The translations under genes and the position numbers were made by a program. Under the pieces are notes generated by a model that was given only the letters and a program-made list of their open reading frames with translations, did not search any database and was not told the origin of the DNA. Below are positions 52,813 through 64,000 of a DNA stretch of 64,000 nucleotides, one piece after another (within the stretch, counting starts at the first letter, position 1; every line of letters begins with the position of its first letter). Source of the stretch: Octopus vulgaris (taxonomy: Eukaryota); contig OX597827.1 in assembly GCA_951406725.2 (NCBI GenBank), positions 22,258,001 through 22,322,000 of the forward strand, in the 5' to 3' direction.

Positions 52813-53018
52813 TTGTAAGTGGGTGTGCAAGGAGAGAAAGACAACATATTTGGCATGGAATCAAGGTCAAGAGTTGAGACTGAGTAAGAGTTGATGTTAA
52901 GGTCAAGGGTGGTGCCGCGGCCCATGTCTGCAGTTGGTGGGGCTGCCTTACCCACGGGGCTTGTCCGCCAGAAGTCCGAGTAGTTCTGTTGGTTTGGTAG
53001 GTATGATGTTTCCATCAT
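52813..53018 (-). CDS. gl: Glass upstream coding exon
   Basis: MMETSYLPNQQNYSDFWRTS...LSFSPCTPTY(K); GTAAGT donor in phase 2 joins in frame to the zinc-finger exon (total about 471 aa); acceptor TTTTACAG at 53026 implies a further upstream exon. Confidence 0.85.
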
Positions 53019-53504
53019 GACGCTACTGTAAAAGAAAGCAAAATTGGAGATTGAGTACGACTGTGATTTGGAGTAAGAATGGCTTTATGGTTCTGAGTGG
53101 GACTCGAAGTGAGAATGTGATCAAACGCAATGAAATGAGTGTGAGGGTAGGTGAACAAAGTGAAAGTGAAACTAAGGCGTATGTGGAAATATGAATGGGT
53201 GTGTGAGGGTGAGTAGGGAAAGGAAAAACATTCAAACTTTAAGATAAAAAGAAAATGGGAATCAGTGGTTGTGAGTTCGAATCTACTGCAGGGCATGTGC
53301 CTCATGGGGTACATGCTGTATGCGTGTGTGCATATGTATATATGTATATTTGTATGCATGCGTGTGTGTGTATGCATGCATCTGTGTTTGTATGTAAATA
53401 ATAATACAGGTGGACTGTTAATACCATTATCTAGTATTTTTTTAATGAATTACGGTGAAACATTGATACATGTGCGCATATGCATCTATACATATACATA
53501 TATA

Positions 53505-53578
<74 letters not shown>

Positions 53579-53968
53579 TAGATAGATAGATAGATACACA
53601 CTTATACATATTTATGTATGTATGTGTGTGTGTGTGTAAATATATATACTAATCGGAGTAGTGGAAACATATGTAGGTCAATACTAAGCTGTATTTAAAT
53701 CAAAATATAAATTAAATTTCATGAAATGCTACTTCATCACACTCCTTATATATATATCATCTGATGAATACAAGAGTTACACCTGAGCTACTTCAAGTTT
53801 CATGCTTTGATACTGCAGCAACCAGAAGGCTTGAATAGTATACTTTGCACAACTCAGCAATCATTTAGGCATAAATATGTTCATTAAATGACATTTATCT
53901 TTCACTGTACTGAATACTTTTATGCTGTTCCTATCAAATGAACAGTATACAATATGTAAAAATATGCG

Positions 53969-54071
<103 letters not shown>

Positions 54072-55419
54072 TTGGTATATAACGTTATAATGTCCCAGTG
54101 GAGTTCGTATTTTGTATTCGAAGAGTAAAGATTAAAGATGTACTTTACTGGTGTAACAAATGTTTTTTTTTATTCTAAAAGCAATGTGTAAGTTGTGATG
54201 ACATTTAAAGGAATTAGAAGTAGACTATGTATAATAATAGATATCGTCTCCCGTGATAACGCTACGCCTTTAGACAATGTTGCCTTCTAAACAATTGCCC
54301 CTAAGGGGAGAAACAGAAGTCCTTCTACAATTACAGTTTAAGACATTTTATACGTTTCTGAAATTTTAGGGTTAACTTTTGTTGCTACTCTTTTATGAAC
54401 GCTTTAGCAACTACTTGTGTTATCTTCCCGTTCAATTCTCATTTAAAATTCTTTATTAGATTTTCTAATTTTACTTCATAAAAGCAAGGCGGCAAGTTGG
54501 CAGAATCGTTAGCACGCCGGGCTTATCGGGATTTCGCCCGTCTTTAGGTTCTGATTTCAAATTCCGCTGAGCTCAACTTTTCCTTTCATCCTTTCGGGTA
54601 TCAATAAATAAGTACTATTTGAGTACTGGGGTCGATGTGATCGACTTATTCCTTTCTCCGAAATTGCTGGCCTTGTGCCAAAATTTGAAACCAATATTAT
54701 TCTATATACGAGTAGATTGCAAAGAGTTTGAATCCAGGTGTATTTGATTATTATTACTATTTTTAGGGTAAGAATTACTAGTATTAATTTCTTTAATTAT
54801 TTTGTTAACCGGGTGTACAGTATAACCATCTATTTACTTTGTTAATTACGTTGCCATCAATTTGAATTTACTGACAATTCAAGTAATTTTCATTTCTTTT
54901 TTTAGATTTAACATATTAAAAATGACGAAGGGAACCGGACTGGGCTTCGATCAAAGGAGATTTTTCCCGAAGGGCTACTGGAAGTTCGAAAATGCAATCA
55001 AAGAGCAACGAAGGGCGGAACAATTCAGAATGTCCACAAGAAATATTCCGAAACAACACGGACATCCTCGAACCCCCACAAAGCATGAAGGGGTGCCGGA
55101 AACATATTGTCAAGGTATGAAAAAATATGTACTGGAAGCGAATAAAAGTAAAGGTTCTCGTGTCATGGCGACTCATAAAGTTCCTTCCCGAGTCAAGCCG
55201 ACTCATGATGGCCGGTTTCTCGGTCCGTCGCGGGATTACTCATTTTTGCCAGCTGAGTGGACTGGGGCAACGTGAAATGAAGTGTTTTGCTCAAGAACAC
55301 AACGCATCGCCCAGTCCAGGAATCGAAACCATAAACTTAGAATCACGAGTCCAACACCCTAACCACTAAGCCACGCTCTTCCGCTAGTACAGGAAGCGAG
55401 TCGTCCGATAGGAATTCCA

Positions 55420-55870
55420 AAATCAAGCGTCCATTGCATTTTGGAGGGCTGTCATTGAAAAAGTTACATTGCAAGAATAGTCTATGCTTTCAGTGAAGGT
55501 GTTCCTGGCCGAAGAGCGGAATTTTGCCGGTGGCACTTGGTATCTTGTGTAGAACGTGTACACTTTCCAGCAAAGATTGGTTGGAGTGATGAGGCTACAT
55601 TTAAGTTAAATGATTCTATTAACCGCCACAACTGCACCTCGTGAGGACCTGAGAATCCGCACATTACAGAGGGAGATCAAGTCAACTTACCATGAATGGC
55701 GCGGTTTAGCTTAAAAAAAGATTAATTAGACCATTCTTTGATGTCCCATTTCCTTGAATGCGCCGCAACAATCTGCCATGCCAAGCATTCAAGATGCGGA
55801 GTTTTATTTCTTGCAAGATATGCAACCCCACTCCACGCAAACTTAGTATTGTAAGTGCCTATCATGTTGA
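55420..55870 (+). mobile_element. Tc1/mariner-family transposase fragment
   Basis: [18 protein letters not shown]...ENPH motif; decayed. Confidence 0.65.
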
Positions 55871-55928
55871 GATTTTGCCATGTTGCCTGATGCTGCAGAG
55901 ATCTATATATTTAATATGTAATAAATAA

Positions 55929-55991
<63 letters not shown>

Positions 55992-56154
55992 TGAGGCAGC
56001 CGTGGCTGTGTGGTAAGAAACTAGCTTCCCAACCACCTGGTTACGAGTTCAATCCCACTGCATGGTACCTTAGGCAAGTGTTTTCTGCCATAATCTCGGG
56101 CCGACCAAAGCCTTGTGAGTGGGTTTGGTCGACGGAAACCGAAAAAAGCCCGTC

Positions 56155-56207
<53 letters not shown>

Positions 56208-56229
56208 ATGTGTATGTATGTATGTATTA

Positions 56230-56266
<37 letters not shown>

Positions 56267-56412
56267 ATGTATATGTATATATGCGAGCATGAGTGTGTTT
56301 GTACAACATGTGCATACATAGAAAAATGTTCCAGTCATTATATTAAGGAAGTATTTGATTACTTCCGCTCTAAATGATTAATATATTAAAACTATCATTG
56401 CTGCTGCTGCTG

Positions 56413-56446
<34 letters not shown>

Positions 56447-56749
56447 CACTACTACTACTACTTTTTACTACTACTACTACTTTTTTAATTAAACCGTTGA
56501 TTTTCAAAATCAGTAGAACTGCAGACAAAATGTCTTGTGTAGTCTTTTTACTTTTTGTGTTCGAATTCGACGCCAAGATAGACTTAGCACTGCATCTTTC
56601 CAGTGGATTAACATAGAATACTGGAGACGATGTAATTAGCGACATATTTTTTATCGAAAAGCCTATTTTAGGAATGATTATTTATCGTTAATTTTGGAGG
56701 CACTTTGTCCCCAAATGAAACACAGGCGAACCTTGTCAATGTAGGAACG

Positions 56750-57720
56750 TCCCTGTCATGTTTTCGAATATCTCGAAAATCGAGGGGGCAAAAAACATAT
56801 TAAGGTATGAGGTGATGGTAATAACAGCACACATAAACGGGGACAAGGTGGCGTGTGAGCTTGTAGCTCGATTCCTGGAGAGATCAGTCTACACCGAAGA
56901 TTCTCTGTTGCAAGACTGAAGGTTTGGTTCAAATCTTCAGATGGATAAGAATTGGAAGAAGTCCCGAGTAGGGATTCCAGCTTCATCCTGAAACTGACAG
57001 AGAGGAAACTATTCCTAAAATGTCGGGCAAAGGTGGTGAATAACCGTAGGACTTTGTTTCTGGTTGAATTTAGCCAGATTCGAACGTCTTCTCTCATGCT
57101 TCATGTGGAAGAAATGACTTCGTTTGATTCGAAAAATCTATTTGCTGCCAACATTCTTCGAGTGAAAGCCTCCGGTTCCCTGGTTTATGATGCTCTGGCA
57201 TGTGTTGAAGAGTCACATCTATAGAGTCACATCTAAGAGTCACATCTCTAGAGACTTGTTGACGGTGTTTAGTAGTGGTTTCTCTTTGTCCAGGTATGTT
57301 TTCTCACAAAATTCGGGTATTTAGAAGCTGGATACCCTGCGCGTCAACTCAGCTGTCTTAAAGATCGACATTTCTTTTGCAAGGAAGGATGGGAAGCTTC
57401 CTTCTGCTTGATGGCTTTGCTGGGAAATGTTCTAAATAAGATGAAATGAGCTAAAGGCAGATAGTTTTGTCTTCGTTTGTTTAAAGCTGCAGCTTTTCCA
57501 TTTGCCACATAGAAAGTTGATAGTAAATTCACTGAAAGCAAAGTGAAAGTAGAAATAATCGTGGAGATGAATAGACTTCATCTCTGAATATGCACTCGAA
57601 GGAGGTGGTCACCAGTTTTGGTAGTGAGGTTCTCGGATTGGTTTCGTATAGCTGTTCTCCTTTTAGAACGCCTCCATGTTGAGTTGAATATGGCTCTATG
57701 GGTCTTCGTTCGTTTCAAGC
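56750..57720 (-). mobile_element. Penelope-like element remnant (RT C-terminus/GIY-YIG region), heavily decayed
   Basis: Fragmentary minus-strand similarity across several frames to a PLE RT thumb and a SNSY(IG)-like endonuclease segment. Confidence 0.45.
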
Positions 57721-57889
57721 ATTGAGAAATTTGAAAATAAATTTTAAGGAGCTACCCAATTGCAAATGAAGTTACAAATAATATGTTACATTAAGTAAAA
57801 AAAAAAAATTCCTGGTCTATGCCTATGCGTATGTATTTTCGTGAATACATGCATATGTAAAAGTATGAATACATAGAAATATGCATAGA

Positions 57890-59480
57890 AACACCACCAA
57901 ACAAAGACAGCATTCAGGGCGATGGCTCACCAGTGCTGCTCTTTCTTCTCTCATTAAAACCCGTACCATTCCTGGTCACCAAACATAGCAGCTTCAGGAA
58001 TGGGTCAGGTGACATTTCTTCACTTTCCTGTGTTGAAGACCCGAATCCGTGGTTTTAAATTTGGGCACAAGGCCTGCAATTTCGGAGGAGGGGAATAGTC
58101 GATTACATCGACTCCAGTCCTCAAATGGTACTTATTTGATGGATCCCAAAAGGATGAAAGGCAAAGTCGACTTAGGCAGAATCTGAACTCACAATGTAAA
58201 GACAGACGAAGTGTTGCTAAACATTTCCCCCCGGTGTGCTAACGATTCTGCCAGTTCGCCACGGGAAATATGGACCGCACACAACTCAATTCTCAAAAGA
58301 CACTGGAATAGAAGTTGGTGAGTCCAAATATGTATTTTTGGTGCTAAAACATGGGAAATTTGTACCACCCTCCAAGGCATTGAACATGAACGCCCTAAAA
58401 ATACATTCTTTACTGAAAGTTACAAACATCTTGCACATGATAAGAATGTCAGCTATGGTGGACCCATGAATAAGACAAGGAATGAATATCTCATGACGAA
58501 TTTTAAAAAATACGGTCTTCTGAACTTCTAGCTTACAGCAAGCATGTCGTACACGATACTTTTTCAGTACCTATCGTCAGGCCCGCATTTGGCCTTCTAA
58601 ACTGGTCACTGTAAGAATTAAACGAGATAGAGGTACGGACTCGCCAGCTCAAATTTGTACTGATGTTGTATAAAACACGTCCTGTGACACTGTGGAAACA
58701 TCTAGAAAAGAGGAATGAGGACGATAACTACCTTGCCTAACTTTGTGATCCCGAAACAACAATGTCATTAAGAAAAATAATGAAGGTGGGGAGAAGCATG
58801 AAATAAGAGGTGATACAGATCCCTCCCCGAGGAGGAAAAAATATACCCATTCACTGAGAAGATAGTGCATGGGTTCTTGGAACGAAAGACCCAAACCATC
58901 GAGGGAATAGATCATATTAAATGTTGGTATGAAGAACCGATAAGTTTTTGACATTCTACATTGAGGGTCATCTCCATGCGCCTTAAGAACAAAATATCTC
59001 AACCAAGTGCCTGCAGCAGGAAAGGTAGAAAACATTGACAGACAACAAAAGCAGGCAGTGCAAAATTAAAATTGATGACAACGATATGATTTGCCAATTG
59101 CGAGGGAATGTCTTCCAGATACTATCTCCCCATGAGGCATGATGCGGTGGTCAGAACAAAACCAGCCACGAAGTGGAAACACGACCAGTCAGATATTGTT
59201 GTGTGGGACCACAAGAAAAAAATACTCTCGCTTGTGAAAACCAGCTGACCCCTGGACACCAAAGTGGTTAGAAAAACACGAGAAAGAGTACATTGATAAG
59301 GGGCTTGTAAATCCAGGACCTAAGATACAACATTATCATTGGCGCAAGAGGATATGTACCGACCCTGGAGCAAAGAATGGTTGAATTTGGGCAAATGGGG
59401 AGAGAACGCAAATCCTTAATTCACACACTACAAGTGATCACCATATCTGGGATTATAAAAATCTGCAAGACCTTTTAAAG
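57890..59480 (+). mobile_element. Decayed RLE-type (R4/NeSL-like) non-LTR retrotransposon, interrupted by a SINE
   Basis: IQGDGSP...LSLKP RT remnant; later YLPMRHDAVVR and DIVVWDHKKK...PLDTKV...IIIGARGYVP endonuclease motifs. Confidence 0.65.
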
Positions 59481-59820
59481 ATTTTAAGGACAATGGTTAA
59501 AACAAGAGGCTTTCCTTTACAACCTTGCTACCAAGGTCAAAATTTGCTCTAAATTAAAAAGAATACATACACACACGGACTTACATACATATATTTGTGT
59601 GTCTATAAAGTATTTATACATAAATACTTGCTATTCCTACAGTGAGTTTCGTGGGTGTCGTTGATCATGCAACAGTTTCAATCCCATAGCGCGGCGCCTT
59701 GGGCAAGTTTCTTCTACCATAGATCTTAGGTCGACCAAAGCTTTGTGACTGAAATTTTGCTGACGGAAATTATGGAAACATATTGGATGGATCGTTGTTG
59801 ATATTGGCTTCGTGTGTGTG

Positions 59821-59870
<50 letters not shown>

Positions 59871-60329
59871 TGAGACTTGGAGTGGGGACTATTCTTAACG
59901 TAATACCAGGGCCCAAGTTTGGGGATAACTTCCTACTTTGCTCCTCCCACCAGTTTCAGGCACCCGGCCAACTTTGGCTGGGTAGGTGGGATTCGAACTC
60001 AAGTGCTCTATTATATCTATCAATGCACTGCTTTCATATTTTAGCCTTCCTGTTGTCAGGTGTGAGAAAAAGTTTGATAGGAATGAGACAAGAGAAAAGT
60101 GTGATGTATGGGAGGAGCAAAGCGGTGGGAAAAGGGGCGTGGTTTGATAGATGTTGTATCGTCGCAGGTAGTCTTAGACGGTGGTTGTTTAACTCCAGGT
60201 TATCCATAGTCCTACAGACCTATGATTAAATGCGTTCCAGCCATGACCATCCCATTTATGGTATATCTACGACGGCATTGTCCAAGGTGTCCCTCAGTTT
60301 TTAAGACACGATTTTGTGAGTGTTCTTAC

Positions 60330-60419
60330 TGTTGCTCAACCTGGTGGTAGGGAGGAGCTGGTTACTGGGGTGGAAGGATTTGCACAAACTTAAAAATGGA
60401 TGGCAGTCGGAGTATGCCT
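60330..60419 (-). other. Candidate upstream exon of glass
   Basis: Unique sequence between a long pyrimidine tract ending TCTCTTTCAG and a GTAAGA donor; 90 nt; no ATG. Confidence 0.4.
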
Positions 60420-61189
60420 CTGAAAGAGACGGGAGAGGAATTAAGAAGGAAAGGCGGAGTGGGGGCGGGGTGTAAAAAGAAAGTAAGGGAGAGGTGAGAG
60501 AAGAAAGGCGTGAAAAGTATTCGGATAGTTGAGTATTCGGTGTGTGGAGGGGGGTAGAGAAAGAAATAAGTAAATATAAAGCAAGAAAGAAAGAAAGAAA
60601 GAGAGAGAGAGATTATGGAATTGATGCAAATAAATGAATACGAAAGGAAGAAAGGAAGTAAGGAAGAAAAGAAAAGAAAGAAAGAAAGAAGGAAGGAAAG
60701 AAAGAAGGAAAGAAGGAAGGAAAGAAAGAAAGAGAAAGGATGAAGGAAGGAAGGATGGATGGAAGGAAGAAAGGGAAGAAGGACGGAAGTTAAAGCATCA
60801 CAATACGAAATTATCGTGAGAGGAAAAGAACAACTGGTTAGCAATGGGGAGCAGCAGAAAGCAGTAGTGGGCGGGACAAAAGAGGTTGGGCGGGGCTAAG
60901 TTTAGATAGGATATGTTTATATAGGTGGGAGGAGAAATATATTAAGGTGGGAGAGAGAGAGAGAAGCAAGTTAGCTGAGGTGTAGGGAAATAAAGCGAGT
61001 TGGGAGGGAATTGGTAGGGAAGGGGTGTAATATGGGAGGAGCCAGATATTGAGGCGGCTTAAGGGTGGTAGGGGAAGACAATCTTGGTATGAACAAATAA
61101 ACTAAATGCAAGTGTGCCTAAGTGTATGTATATAGGTGTGTGTACAGGTTTGTGTGTGTGAATGTATGTACGCATATGTGTACATCTAT

Positions 61190-61575
<386 letters not shown>

Positions 61576-61652
61576 AATTGTAATCGGTATATTTTTTTTA
61601 TTTCACGCAGGCCACATGATAAAATTATTAAAGTGATTGTATGCTTAATTTT

Positions 61653-61696
<44 letters not shown>

Positions 61697-62298
61697 GTAT
61701 GTATGTATGTATGTATGTATGTATGTATGTATGTATGTATGTATGTATAAATATGCATGCATGAATATGTATGTAATCTAATTCTATATGTGTGTGTGTG
61801 TTTGTTATATAGGTTTTGTAACTTTCAGCTGATTAAAAATAAGAAATGATAAGAATTTTGTTCTATATATATCAAATTTAATTCTAATTTTTTTGCACAC
61901 ACACACACACATGTATATAGTTTCAAATTTTGGCACGAGGCCAGCAATTTCGAGCGAGCAGGTAAGTCGATTAAATCAAACCCAAAGCTGGTACATATTT
62001 TATTGACCCCCCCAAGAAGACGAAATGCAAATTCGTCCTCGGCGGAATTTGAACACAGAAGGTATAGACTTACGAAACGCCGTTAAGTATTTCCCCCGGC
62101 GTGCTAACCATTCTGCCAACTCACCGCCTTATGTGTGTGTGTATGTGTGTGTGCGTATATATAAGATTAATCAGCCGAAATTGCGAAGATGATCTGGTTC
62201 TTGACTGATGACTGAGAGCTTCGAAAGTCCCGTCCGTGTTTTTTGTCGTCTTCTAAATGTTTCACGTTCTTGTCCCAGTTTGTGTATTTTTTTACTTT

Positions 62299-62368
<70 letters not shown>

Positions 62369-62421
62369 TATGTATGTATGTATAATTTTTTTATATATAC
62401 ATATATATATATATATGTATG

Positions 62422-62475
<54 letters not shown>

Positions 62476-62609
62476 GTGTGTGTGTGTGTGTATATAGTCG
62501 TATAATACGGCCTATAGTACACACACACACACGTATATATGTATACACACATACAGATGAATATGAGTGTGTGCATGCTGAGTGTATGTATGTATGTATA
62601 AATATACAC

Positions 62610-62640
<31 letters not shown>

Positions 62641-63037
62641 TAAAAGAGTATAAAGGGGCTAAGTTATCCGGGTGGGTACCGAATTATCTCATAGACTGAA
62701 ATAGGTGCAGGCTATCCATATCATTCGGATTACATGGTACACAAGTATAAATCTCCACCCGCCTCTTCGTTTTCAATCATAAATATACATTTACATACAT
62801 GTGTGTGTGTGTATACATGTATATGATTCGGTAAGGAGCCTGTGAAGCTTTAAGTCTCATGGAGTCGATTCAAACTGCTTTGAATTATAAATACATGTAG
62901 CTCTTACGAAATGTATTGAGTACCTTTTTCTTTCGTTTGTCCACTCACACGTATACAAACGCGCGCGCACACACATGTATGTATTCATACATATACACAT
63001 ATGCGTATATAACTATGCATATATTTGTGTATATAGT

Positions 63038-63352
63038 GGGTGGCTAAGTGGTTAGGGCATTCGGCTCACGATCGCAAGGTCGTGAGTTCAATTCCCGGCG
63101 GCGCGTTGCGTCCTTAAACAATACACTTTATTTCACATTGCTCCACCTGGGGGCAAGAATGAATTATACCTGTAATTCAAAAGGGTCCAGCCTTGTCACA
63201 TTCTGTATCGTGCTGATTCTCCCTGAGAATTACGTTAGAGTTACGCGTGTCTGTGGGGTACTCAGCCACTTGCACATTAATTTCATGAGCTGGCTGTTCC
63301 GTTGGTCGGATCAACTGGTACACTCATCGTCGTAAACGACGGAGAGCCAGTG
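63038..63352 (+). mobile_element. SINE family C copy
   Basis: GTGGCTAAGTGGTTAGG A box and GAGTTCAATTCCCGG B box. Confidence 0.8.
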
Positions 63353-63619
63353 AATAAGGTGGTGTAGTTTGTAGGGTGTTGTACTCATGATCATAAGGTC
63401 GTGGTTTCGATTCCCAGTCCACTCTGATTGGGGGTAATGTTGACCTACCCACCCAACCAGTGGGGTAGCATCATTCGAAAGCTAAAAAAAATGTGAAGAG
63501 GTGCATTGTGATCGACGATATATAACGACATCGGACAGTCTGGTCGATACCGTGATATATGTGTGTATATATGTGTATTTATGCGTGTATGTGCGTTTGT
63601 GTGACCAGATATGTGAGTG

Positions 63620-64000
63620 TATACATACATGCATACATGCATACATACATACATACATACATACATACATGCATACATGCATACATACATACATACATGC
63701 ATACATACATACATACATACATGCATGTATGCATACATACATACATACACGCATACATATATACATACATGCATACATACATACATAAATGCATGCATGC
63801 ATACATACATACATACATACATACATACATAAATGCATGCATGCATACATACATACATACATACATACACGCATACATACGTTCGTACATATGTGCGTGC
63901 ATACATATATACATACATACATACATACATACATGCATACATACATGCATACATACATACATGCATATATGCATACATACATACACGCATACATACATAC
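63620..64000. repeat. (CATA)n/(CATG) microsatellite
   Basis: Direct inspection. Confidence 0.95.

Noticed and set aside
54862-55275. 137-aa plus-strand ORF
   Set aside because: Non-ATG start, runs into a SINE, and has no recognisable motif or splice context.
62170-62300. CTGATGA...GAAA motif in a TA-associated repeat
   Set aside because: No convincing stem II or palindromic stem III; at best a degenerate relative of the hammerhead elements.

Overview
This is eukaryotic, AT-rich DNA saturated with microsatellites and transposons. The repeat landscape and gene content suggest a cephalopod (Octopus-like) genome, which is an inference. Two protein-coding genes can be reconstructed, both on the minus strand. 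The first is the 5' part of WDR6/TRM734: 11 phase-compatible coding exons running from the ATG at 16518 down to 190 and continuing off the left edge, with one intron (9148-9747) carrying U12 minor-spliceosome signals. The second is a complete glass-type C2H2 zinc-finger transcription factor (coding exons 53018-52813 and 51285-50076, about 471 aa). The rest is a mosaic of tRNA-derived SINEs (three main families), RTE/CR1/RLE-type LINE fragments, Tc1/mariner/maT relics, MITEs and fold-backs, a non-autonomous Helitron, a Penelope remnant and simple repeats. Most ORF-track entries are microsatellite artefacts. The most unusual signal is a set of short non-coding elements carrying minimal type-I hammerhead ribozyme motifs, seven motifs in all. 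Among them is a TSD-flanked element in the glass intron that joins a tRNA-like Pol III head to a Penelope-style hammerhead repeat with an inverted terminal copy, and a second TSD-flanked member lies at 45002-45140. All calls were made by eye; no searches or folding programs were run.
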